DNA of 64,000 nt from positions 62,001 through 126,000 of the IMG/VR virus record IMGVR_UViG_3300049215_000529; one strand, given 5' to 3'. The notes under the pieces were generated by a model that saw nothing but the letters and a program-made list of their open reading frames with translations, had not been told where the DNA came from and made no database searches. Shown piece by piece: positions 56,358-64,000 of the stretch. A program made the position numbers and the translations under genes. Each line of letters opens with the position of its first letter. Positions within the stretch are counted from its first letter, which is position 1.

Positions 56358-56627
56358 TTAGACGCCCTCCACATGAGAATCAATGATAGACACCACTTCG
56401 GCATCAATCAGTCCCTTATTGAGTTTCTCCCAGACTATTTCTGGGAACTCAATAAGAACTTCTTTGCTCTCTGGATATTCTTTTAGAATCTTGACAGTCT
56501 TGGTTTCAAAGAAGGAGTTTAGCTGTTCTTTGAATTGCTTAATAGCGTCATCAAATACTTCTTGATGCCTAGCTTGTCCCTCTGATTTCTTCAGCCATTC
56601 AACTTTTAGTATTATCAGTCTTTTCAT
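56358..56627 (-). CDS. hypothetical protein
   Basis: 89-aa ORF. Confidence 0.6.
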   Translation of the reverse strand: MKRLIILKVEWLKKSEGQARHQEVFDDAIKQFKEQLNSFFETKTVKILKEYPESKEVLIEFPEIVWEKLNKGLIDAEVVSIIDSHVEGV

Positions 56628-57066
56628 TAGTCACCGATAATTGTGAGGCGCTTTCAGAACCATTATTTGATTCTATTTTCACTTTTGTATGAAATTTGGC
56701 AAAGAAATTTTTAAATTCTTCTGCGTCTTTTTCATTGGCACGTGAGATACCAGCATCGGTAGCTTTTTTATGAGCTAACAATTTGTCTTTTAAAGAAGTT
56801 CCAAACAATCTATCTACTAGTCCACAAACCTTTTCTTTTGTATCAAAATCATTGGGTGTACGCCATACTTTATCTTTTTTCATCCAAGACCCATCAAGGA
56901 GTTTTATCTCCTTAATGAAGACTTCGTTGTATGGCACTTCCACATTGATCGAGTGAGAGTGTCTAGTTCCATGAAGTCGAGTATAAATATAAATTCCTTT
57001 ACTCTCGTCTTTTAATAGAGATTTGTGTTTATCATAGGTCTGACCACATTTAAGTTTTTTAGACAT
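56599..57066 (-). CDS. hypothetical protein
   Basis: GAGGGG upstream of MSKKLK. Confidence 0.6.
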   Translation of the reverse strand: MSKKLKCGQTYDKHKSLLKDESKGIYIYTRLHGTRHSHSINVEVPYNEVFIKEIKLLDGSWMKKDKVWRTPNDFDTKEKVCGLVDRLFGTSLKDKLLAHKKATDAGISRANEKDAEEFKNFFAKFHTKVKIESNNGSESASQLSVTNEKTDNTKS

Positions 57067-57074
57067 AATACCCC

Positions 57075-58064
57075 TCAAAAATTACCGGGCGCCACTTGGA
57101 AGCAAGTCAAGCCCTTTTCACGCCAGAACTGGACAACAGAATTTCGATCGTCTAATACGCAAAGCACATTATACTTACCTTCGATTTGACCTTGGTAAAT
57201 CTCTTCCTTGATGATGGCGTCCTTACGGAAATCATCAGTCTTGCGCATGAAGAGTTGGTATGGGATTGGTGCTGTGACCATTTCTGCACCCAATACATCT
57301 GGATTGCTTGCCCACTTATCATACTCATATGTGCAGTGCTTTTCAATAAAGCGAATTGTCTCTGGTCGATATTTATCTTCACGCCCGGAGCAGAAAATGA
57401 TCTTTCGACCTGCTGCATGGTGAGCTTTAATGGTCTCGATAACTGGAACATTTGGAAGATCCTTAATATCACAGTCAGAGGCATCGTATGGGCTTCGACC
57501 ATGAATCAAAGCTAGCGTACCATCCAAGTCACAGATGATCGCTTCTGGAGCGCCCAGTACATGAGCAGGAGCTTCCACTGCAACATTGTTGCCTCTGTGT
57601 TCAGTAAAGATTTCTACACGTGGGTGATAGAACTTGAACTGCTTTCCGCCCGAGTCCTTCCACCATTTGCGAATTACTTCTTCCCCGACCTTAGCCTTAC
57701 CTTCACGCTTTGAATCGCGAGCGATTGCTTCATCCAATTCAATGTAAAAAGCCTTCTCGAACACTTGAATGTCAGAGTTGACCGACTTAGCGATCTTGCA
57801 AACATCATCGAAGTGACGACGATTAAGATTTAGGTTGTCGATAACAACGTTCTTACCACGCTTGAGAGCGTCTCGGATCAAATAGTTACGAGCATCCGTA
57901 ATCATCTTTTCATAGTCCGCTGACCAGACAGATCCATTCATCATAGCACGAAGGTCGTCATTGTTGACGCGAACCCAGTTGTTTGGATCTTTGGAAACTA
58001 ATTGCTTTGCATACGTGGACTTTCCTGAAGCAGGCAATCCCACCAACATTTCTACTCTAATCAT
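57075..58064 (-). CDS. pseT: polynucleotide 5'-kinase/3'-phosphatase (T4 PseT-like)
   Basis: GLPASGKST, VNNDDLR, IDNLN, DLDGT, SGR, DDR. Confidence 0.92.
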   Translation of the reverse strand: MIRVEMLVGLPASGKSTYAKQLVSKDPNNWVRVNNDDLRAMMNGSVWSADYEKMITDARNYLIRDALKRGKNVVIDNLNLNRRHFDDVCKIAKSVNSDIQVFEKAFYIELDEAIARDSKREGKAKVGEEVIRKWWKDSGGKQFKFYHPRVEIFTEHRGNNVAVEAPAHVLGAPEAIICDLDGTLALIHGRSPYDASDCDIKDLPNVPVIETIKAHHAAGRKIIFCSGREDKYRPETIRFIEKHCTYEYDKWASNPDVLGAEMVTAPIPYQLFMRKTDDFRKDAIIKEEIYQGQIEGKYNVLCVLDDRNSVVQFWREKGLTCFQVAPGNF

Positions 58065-58420
58065 AGCTTTATATCCTTGGAAATAACTTTCATTGCGGCT
58101 ATAACGACACGATCTGCATCATCTATGCCTTTATCATCTTTATTTATTCCGTTACCATCTTTGGCTGCACTAATAGAATCATCCATGCATTTAAACTGAG
58201 CTAACAACTCATCTTCGGGCAAAGCATAAACCGCATTTACTATGTCATCTACTAAAACATCACCGTGATTTGGATAATCTGACTTAATCCAATTAAGTGT
58301 TTTCTCTTTATCAAAATGACCCCATATAGCCAACTTAGCCATAAAGATACAGTGCTTTCTAGTCAGAACTTTCATCGACTTATCCTGTGTGAAAAGAAGC
58401 GCAGATGATACCTTTTTCAA
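58061..58420 (-). CDS. hypothetical protein
   Basis: 119-aa ORF, coupled. Confidence 0.6.
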   Translation of the reverse strand: MKKVSSALLFTQDKSMKVLTRKHCIFMAKLAIWGHFDKEKTLNWIKSDYPNHGDVLVDDIVNAVYALPEDELLAQFKCMDDSISAAKDGNGINKDDKGIDDADRVVIAAMKVISKDIKL

Positions 58421-58689
58421 GGTGCTCTGCCGCTTCGCCTAAATACTTCTAAAGCTTCTTCATACAATGCTTCATAAATTTTATCAGCTTCTTTGCTGGT
58501 CTTCTCAGCTTCCTTGTTCAAGCGAGCTGCTTCAAGCGCTAGGCGAGCTTGCTCTACTCTTTGCTTAGCCTCTGTTAGGGCATCTTTTCTTTTGGGGCGG
58601 AGATCACGTATCATTTTAAATAAAGGGATGCCAATAAAAATTGTAGTGGTCCCTGCCAATATTAGCAATATCAAAGTTTCAAATAACAT
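58417..58689 (-). CDS. membrane-anchored coiled-coil protein
   Basis: N-terminal TM then EAK/EAAR coiled coil. Confidence 0.6.
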   Translation of the reverse strand: MLFETLILLILAGTTTIFIGIPLFKMIRDLRPKRKDALTEAKQRVEQARLALEAARLNKEAEKTSKEADKIYEALYEEALEVFRRSGRAP

Positions 58690-58706
58690 AATGTCACCCA
58701 ATAAAA

Positions 58707-58727
58707 AAGCCAGCATATAGCTGGCTT
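58707..58727 (-). terminator. intrinsic terminator after trxA
   Basis: AAGCCAGC-TATAT-GCTGGCTT-TTTTATT. Confidence 0.65.
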
Positions 58728-58753
58728 AGAATTACAAGTAGTACGATAATTAC

Positions 58754-59074
58754 TTACGCACCAAAAGCTATCTTCCTCAAAGTATCTAATGTAGTTAATC
58801 CAACTTGAGAAGCCTTCTTCTCACCATGTTGGAAGACTAACATTGTAGGAACTCCCTTAATGCCAAACTTAGATGCAATGGCTGGAGATTCATCAACATC
58901 AATCTTACAGACTTTAACCTTATTCAGGTTCTCAGTTGCAAACTTTTCTACAATAGGCATTTGCCTTTGGCATGGTCCGCACCATGTCGCACTAAAATCA
59001 ACTAATACGGGCATTTCCGACTTTAGGACTTCAGTTTCAAAATTATTCTCGTCAACGTATACTACATCGCTCAT
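58754..59074 (-). CDS. trxA: thioredoxin
   Basis: VLVDFSATWCGPC, IDVD, GVPT. Confidence 0.95.
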   Translation of the reverse strand: MSDVVYVDENNFETEVLKSEMPVLVDFSATWCGPCQRQMPIVEKFATENLNKVKVCKIDVDESPAIASKFGIKGVPTMLVFQHGEKKASQVGLTTLDTLRKIAFGA

Positions 59075-59100
59075 GGATGCCTCGCTTATTATGTGTGGGT

Positions 59101-59128
59101 AAAGTAAATCTTACAAATTGGGTGTCAA
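59101..59128 (-). promoter_or_regulatory. sigma70-like promoter TTGACA-N16-TACTTT
   Basis: upstream of trxA. Confidence 0.5.
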
Positions 59129-59138
59129 GGACGGGGCA

Positions 59139-60251
59139 TCACTTCTTTAGCGTAACGTTTTCATTAAGCTTATTGAAGTGTTCGAAGAAAGCTTTACAAG
59201 AATATAATTTATGCTTGGTTATCATATCAAAATCAAAGGAATTATAAAATCCCATGACTTGAACCTCGTGCTCCACACTATAGTCTGTAAGAAATTTACA
59301 TAAGTGTTCTAGATATACAAACCTATTCTTAGATTTTGCAGCTTCTGAAAAAACTTTTTGCTTGGCAAAATAGCAAGCAGAAACTACGAAAACAACCTTC
59401 TCACTTGGAGCTAATGACTGGAAGTCAAACTTCATCGTTCCAGATTCAATTAGGGAATGAATAAATGGTTCAAATTTACGATAATGCTCATACCAAATTT
59501 TGAATCTTAGCCCCGCCTCATTTCCAACAAAGCCGGAAATGATTTGAGTGACGGTCTCTATATCAACAATCTTTAGGTCTTTAGCCTTAATCAAAGCATC
59601 AGAGGCTTGAATCCAACCTCTTGGAGAAGGGCTGGCATAGCAAGAGTCTTCAATGCTTCCACAAGCAAAAGAGGGATCACTTCTTAAGAACCCCAAAATC
59701 AAATCATGAACCTGATTGGCTTTCGCCCAATCTACCCACCTTTCAAAATTAAAAGATAGGATATACTTGGATCCTCTATCCAATAACGCACTGCTAATCT
59801 GATTGGAGTATGCTCCTTCATTGGAAAGATTTCCAGTTAGAATGCAAGAGGCAGCGTTGATAGGAATCCCGTTAATAGATTTGAATTGCAAAATTTCAAG
59901 TAATGGTGCCGTAACTTCTGATGGCGCCTTATCTACTTCATCGAAAAGAATAACACTATCGGGTTCTTTTCCCTTCTCTAATCGCGGCAAAAAGGATGGT
60001 GATTTGAATGTAATAACTTCACCAGGAGCATTTATATTAGGGTATCCGGCTAAGTCGGGTCGTTCAATTACACTTAAGTTAATGTAATTGACTTTCATCT
60101 TGCACTCTTGTGCTGCCTGAATTACTATATGAGTTTTACCAACGCCCCTTCTTCCGAAGAGGAATAAATTTTGTTGTGCCCTGATAGAAAACTTACTAAG
60201 ATTGAACGCCTGCTCTTGGTCTATTTCCGGCAAGTTGAGTGAATTGGTCAT
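59139..60251 (-). CDS. MoxR-like AAA+ ATPase
   Basis: GRRGVGKT, DLAGYP, FDEVDKA, TGN, SALLDR, SPRGW. Confidence 0.82.
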   Translation of the reverse strand: MTNSLNLPEIDQEQAFNLSKFSIRAQQNLFLFGRRGVGKTHIVIQAAQECKMKVNYINLSVIERPDLAGYPNINAPGEVITFKSPSFLPRLEKGKEPDSVILFDEVDKAPSEVTAPLLEILQFKSINGIPINAASCILTGNLSNEGAYSNQISSALLDRGSKYILSFNFERWVDWAKANQVHDLILGFLRSDPSFACGSIEDSCYASPSPRGWIQASDALIKAKDLKIVDIETVTQIISGFVGNEAGLRFKIWYEHYRKFEPFIHSLIESGTMKFDFQSLAPSEKVVFVVSACYFAKQKVFSEAAKSKNRFVYLEHLCKFLTDYSVEHEVQVMGFYNSFDFDMITKHKLYSCKAFFEHFNKLNENVTLKK

Positions 60252-60301
60252 GCTTTTCTCTGAGATATCATATGACTATATATCTCAGCCCCAATCACAC
60301 A

Positions 60302-61309
60302 TTACAGCAAAGGCAATAAAGATTTGTACTCTGGAAAATTTTTAATGAATTCTACCAACCATTTTTCACTCTTAAGTTCAATTAATTTTCGTAAAATCTT
60401 CCTCTTTTTACTAAAGGAAACTTCTATCGCATATTTTACAATATGATCTGGGTCGGCATTATCTAAAAAGGAATCTTCAAATTCTTCCACTTTATCTGGA
60501 TAATGATCCTTTAAATAAAGACAAAAGTGTTTTACTAATTTTGTATTGAAGGTAAGTCCATTAATAATCTGTGACCACAAAGCTGCCTGACATTTCCACT
60601 TATTATCATCTATGAGGGAACGAGTAAACTTATCGGTTATTGAAATAATCTCAACAATAATAGATAAATAATGTTCTAGTCCATTATCGTAATGTTGTAT
60701 AAGGGTTGGAATTATATGATTTTCTAGAGTCTCGGGCTCATTTGCTATAACTTCAGAAATATAGCGCTTAACTGAGAAATTCCAGGACCTGTCTAGTTTA
60801 GTAACCAATAATTTTTTAAGAAAGTAACTTGGATCCTTATCAATAAGCCGAAGAAACTTATTTATGACTTTTATCTGAGCCTCTCGGTTCAAATAGATAA
60901 GTTCAATAAAAATTGTCTCAGAGCTATCTGTATTGATACCTCTAGCAATTTTTTCTTCCAAAAATACAAAAAAGTGATCTGGATGATTGTGTTTGGCTAA
61001 ATGAGTCTCAAGCTGTTCAATCAATTCATTGTCGCCCAAATCTAAAATAACTCTGATTAATTTTCTGTAAGATAGAAAACGAGACATATCGTGGGGCTTA
61101 ATGATCTTCGATGCCTCGCAGACCTTATCATATAGAACATCAATAATAAATTGTTTTAGATCAACATAAGCCATAAAAGTTTTTACCGTTTCAGTAAAAA
61201 CAACTATATCTTCGTCTGAGAAATTATAATATATTAATTGATGGATTACAAAATCTAATTTCTCAGCAAATTCAATTTCTAATTGAGTTCGTTCTTCTAA
61301 ATCAGTCAT
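60302..61309 (-). CDS. hypothetical all-helical protein
   Basis: 335-aa ORF. Confidence 0.7.
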   Translation of the reverse strand: MTDLEERTQLEIEFAEKLDFVIHQLIYYNFSDEDIVVFTETVKTFMAYVDLKQFIIDVLYDKVCEASKIIKPHDMSRFLSYRKLIRVILDLGDNELIEQLETHLAKHNHPDHFFVFLEEKIARGINTDSSETIFIELIYLNREAQIKVINKFLRLIDKDPSYFLKKLLVTKLDRSWNFSVKRYISEVIANEPETLENHIIPTLIQHYDNGLEHYLSIIVEIISITDKFTRSLIDDNKWKCQAALWSQIINGLTFNTKLVKHFCLYLKDHYPDKVEEFEDSFLDNADPDHIVKYAIEVSFSKKRKILRKLIELKSEKWLVEFIKNFPEYKSLLPLL

Positions 61310-61312
61310 AAT

Positions 61313-61537
61313 TTAATTATATAGTACTTTTTGCTCTTTTATATCGTGCAATATTTCTGGAATGAAGAATGGAGAATCATACACTTGAACAGCAACTTCT
61401 GCTTGGTCATTGCCTTCCTTTTTTGCTTGTTTGAGAAACTCGGTCAAATCATGATTGGCAGCTTCCTGAGAGATAGCCAATGATACCAAGTGCCACGCTG
61501 CTTTCGGTCTGCTCTTCAAATAGATCCCATGAATCAT
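61313..61537 (-). CDS. hypothetical protein
   Basis: AAGGA upstream; 74 aa. Confidence 0.6.
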   Translation of the reverse strand: MIHGIYLKSRPKAAWHLVSLAISQEAANHDLTEFLKQAKKEGNDQAEVAVQVYDSPFFIPEILHDIKEQKVLYN

Positions 61538-61545
61538 ATCATTCC

Positions 61546-61887
61546 TTATACGCTAAAAGAGTGTCCACATCCACACTGGCTTTTAACATTAGGATTCAAG
61601 AACTTAAATCCCTGATTCATTAGAGATTGTTCCCAATCTAATGTACAGCCATCCAAATACAGAATGCTTTTGCGATCCACTATTAAGTGAATGCCTTCTA
61701 CTTCAAAAACTAAATCTTTAGATTTAGAAGCATCCTCATATTGTAAAACATATGAGAAGCCAGAGCAGCCTCCACCCTTAACACCTAACCTTACACATGC
61801 ATTAGGAGTTCCTCGGGCAACAAGTTGCTTAGTAATTTGTTCAGCAGCTAGGGCTGAAACAAAGACTTGGTACTTCTCTACTTCCAT
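61546..61887 (-). CDS. iscA: A-type Fe-S carrier (IscA/SufA/HesB)
   Basis: VRLGVKGGGCSGFSY, GFKFLNPN, CGCGHSF. Confidence 0.92.
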   Translation of the reverse strand: MEVEKYQVFVSALAAEQITKQLVARGTPNACVRLGVKGGGCSGFSYVLQYEDASKSKDLVFEVEGIHLIVDRKSILYLDGCTLDWEQSLMNQGFKFLNPNVKSQCGCGHSFSV

Positions 61888-61905
61888 CTTATTAATGCAA
61901 CTTTA

Positions 61906-62268
61906 TTATCTTTTTGCCTTCTTAGGGGCTTCTTCCTGAGCTGCCACCATATTTGGAATGGCATCGATACGAGTCTTCAAATTATCTTCAAAGATTGCTT
62001 TGTCAGCATGAAGAAACTCAATACGCTCTACTAACTTTTGGACCATCTCATCAGATAGGTTGTGGGCATTGTCGGTTATGAACTTTTCAATGTCCTTAGC
62101 GCTATCTGATGTGAGTTTGACTCTGGCAATCTTATCAGAATCAGAAATGTCACTCTTGCGTTTGCGAAAAGATTTCCATCTATCCGAAAGAGAGTCTGAG
62201 ATGAAAACATCCCACATTAAGATGGCAGCGCCGACTCCGAAAACTATTTCAATAATATGTTCCAACAT
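61906..62268 (-). CDS. membrane-anchored hypothetical protein
   Basis: N-terminal TM, soluble tail. Confidence 0.6.
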   Translation of the reverse strand: MLEHIIEIVFGVGAAILMWDVFISDSLSDRWKSFRKRKSDISDSDKIARVKLTSDSAKDIEKFITDNAHNLSDEMVQKLVERIEFLHADKAIFEDNLKTRIDAIPNMVAAQEEAPKKAKR

Positions 62269-62269
62269 G

Positions 62270-63424
62270 TTACCCTACTAATCGATTAATCATTTTTTGT
62301 ACGTTATACCAAGAGTACTTCGATAGAGATTTCTCTACCAGTTCAATGCACAGCTTATCTAGCTTCTCTTTGTCAGGAGTCTTAGGTAGAACATTAGTGC
62401 TGTTGTATAATGAGTTGAGTTCTTTATCTTCTCTCTCAGCAAATTCAATTAACTGATCATAACTCCAAGCACCATTACGAATGGATAGTAGTTCCTCGCG
62501 GTCGGGACGTTTGACGACTACTTTTCCAGTGGTCAGAACCTCACGACACATACGAATCAATCGAACCAAATGATAGGCATGCTTGGTGTCATAGCCATAT
62601 TTCTCTTCTAAGGCAGAGCGGGTTGGGTTACGAGTCTTCTTCCAGTTTTGATACTGATCCCACTCACGCTTAGCGTTGGTATACATACGCTCGCGCTGCA
62701 TGAGTTCAATGAAATTGTCATCGAGACCAATCTTACGAGCCGCACTCATCCAGTGCTGATCGGCAGTAATCTTCAGCTCTGCTAACATTTCGGTGACTGT
62801 AGTTCGGATACCAATCTTCTGAGATTCTTCGAGTCCTTCCATAAAATCGAACTGGAATCGGTCTAACTCCTTCTGGATCTCCGCGCTAGCAGCTGCAAGC
62901 TGACCCGCATCAATTAGAGTGGTTTCCGGTAATCCAAAGCCAGTTCGTGTCGGCTCATCGACCGGAGGAGTCATAATCCATCGTTTGTGGGTCTTAATTC
63001 TCTTTAGCTGTGAAACAGAGTAGCCAAGGAAGGTATGCTTGATTTTCTTTGATAGGAAGTCATCTTTATGTTCCAGAATAACTTCACCAATGGAATCAAC
63101 GACGAAGTGGTCGCTAGGATCTGTATGTAGAACCTCTACAATATTTGGATTGCTATCTGCTGCCAAGTTAAAAAATTTTCGTATATCGTAAATTACTGCA
63201 TCCGGATCTGGTGCTTTTAACTCTGCTTGTTCAAATCTTTTGGTATAACCAAAAAAATATTCTTTGGTAGGAATACAAACACCTTTAAAATCCTCATCAG
63301 AGGTAGCGACATTAGTTCCATATGCATGGCTACCATGCCTCACTAAGAGGCAGGTGCCTTTAGTAATCCACGATAAATGTGGAGAATTTTTCACAATAGT
63401 ATCTAAAACGGGATGATTTTGCAT
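62270..63424 (-). CDS. Pol-beta superfamily nucleotidyltransferase (RlaP/PF10127-like)
   Basis: HGSHAYGTNVATSDEDFKGV, NPNIVEVL, YDTKHAYHLVRL. Confidence 0.85.
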   Translation of the reverse strand: MQNHPVLDTIVKNSPHLSWITKGTCLLVRHGSHAYGTNVATSDEDFKGVCIPTKEYFFGYTKRFEQAELKAPDPDAVIYDIRKFFNLAADSNPNIVEVLHTDPSDHFVVDSIGEVILEHKDDFLSKKIKHTFLGYSVSQLKRIKTHKRWIMTPPVDEPTRTGFGLPETTLIDAGQLAAASAEIQKELDRFQFDFMEGLEESQKIGIRTTVTEMLAELKITADQHWMSAARKIGLDDNFIELMQRERMYTNAKREWDQYQNWKKTRNPTRSALEEKYGYDTKHAYHLVRLIRMCREVLTTGKVVVKRPDREELLSIRNGAWSYDQLIEFAEREDKELNSLYNSTNVLPKTPDKEKLDKLCIELVEKSLSKYSWYNVQKMINRLVG

Positions 63425-63471
63425 TATTCTATCAATTCTAACCCATGCTATATATCGCTAGGGTTGCAATC

Positions 63472-64000
63472 ATGAAACAGTGTAATACGTGCAAAGAAAA
63501 CAAAAAGCTAGGTGATTTTCACAAAAAGAGTTGTGTGCCTGATGGTCATAGCAATAAATGTAAAACGTGCCAAAAGAAATATCAGCAAAGTCATTACTTG
63601 CGAAACAAAGACAGAATTTACCAAAACAATCTTTCTAAAAGAAAATACCTTGCTCAAGAAGTGGATAAACTAAAAGATTATCCTTGCAAAGATTGTGGCA
63701 AAAAGTATGAACCATTCTGTATGGACTTTGACCACTTATCAGATAAGATCATGGCTGTATCAAAAATGGTTCACGAAACTTTTTCTTTGGAGAAGATTAA
63801 AGAAGAAATTACCAAATGTGAATTGGTTTGCGTCCTCTGTCATAAAAATAGAACCTACCAAAGATTACAAGAAATAGAAAAGAAGAAACTATATCCTTGT
63901 TATGATAGGAATCGAGAAATTATCAAACTTGCCAAAAATCAACCATGTGCCGTTTGCAATATTCAGTACCAGTCATGGCAAATGGAATTTGATCACATTG
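63472..64000 (+). CDS. HNH endonuclease with tandem HNH modules, partial at window end (not in track)
   Basis: CNTC..CKTC; PCKDCG..MDFDH..CELVCVLCH; second PCAVC..MEFDH. Confidence 0.8.
   Translation, partial: MKQCNTCKENKKLGDFHKKSCVPDGHSNKCKTCQKKYQQSHYLRNKDRIYQNNLSKRKYLAQEVDKLKDYPCKDCGKKYEPFCMDFDHLSDKIMAVSKMVHETFSLEKIKEEITKCELVCVLCHKNRTYQRLQEIEKKKLYPCYDRNREIIKLAKNQPCAVCNIQYQSWQMEFDHI

Noticed and set aside
274-62281. Many 60-150 aa antisense or alternate-frame ORFs in the track (e.g. 274..657, 4000..4365, 8036..8365, 43932..44384)
   Set aside because: Fully overlap well-supported genes and lack motifs or RBS.
1-64000. CRISPR array
   Set aside because: No regularly spaced direct repeats found by eye; a tool scan was not possible.
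1-64000. Stop-codon reassignment as in some large phages
   Set aside because: Recognisable genes are full length in code 11 and TAA, TAG and TGA all end genes at expected positions.
1-64000. Eukaryotic giant virus origin, suggested by NRS/ER, GT6 and MT-A70
   Set aside because: SD sites, sigma70 promoters, coupled operons, tmRNA, IF3, bS21 and IS605 are bacterial-type.

Overview
AT-rich, gene-dense window that reads best as part of a very large (jumbo/huge) bacteriophage genome in standard genetic code 11. That assignment is an inference: no capsid, terminase or tail gene is visible, but isolated host-like genes are mixed with small unknown ORFs, HNH/GIY-YIG endonucleases and T4-like RNA-repair enzymes. 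Four blocks: (1) 1-22 kb host-takeover genes (peptide deformylase-SEC-C fusion, MT-A70 methylase, bS21, AAA ATPase, TopA, FtsK motor, ClpP plus an inactive ClpR-like partner, DksA/TraR, two HU-like proteins, Dps-like); (2) 22-31 kb RmlA and a plant-type NRS/ER enzyme, an intact IS605-group element (tnpA+tnpB) with base-resolved ends (24599-26190), IF3, tRNA-Arg, an orphan second omegaRNA/right end with a different guide, two tandem tmRNA genes with different tags (one 3'-truncated), three tRNA-Thr isoacceptors and a Thg1-like protein with a catalytic Asp-to-Asn change; (3) 31-47.5 kb glycan island (GT2, MTase-GT2-GT6 fusion, GT11, GDP-fucose and probable perosamine pathways, several methyltransferases); (4) 47.5-64 kb RNA-repair/counter-defence cluster (three ATP-dependent RNA ligases, PNKP, RlaP-like nucleotidyltransferase, macro domain, phosphoesterase). 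Best leads: tandem tmRNAs with the ClpP/ClpR pair, the orphan omegaRNA next to a catalytically intact TnpB, a histo-blood-group-like GT6+GT11+GDP-fucose set, and a recurrent CTGATATATA motif upstream of genes. All product calls come from motif recognition by eye; no database search was run.
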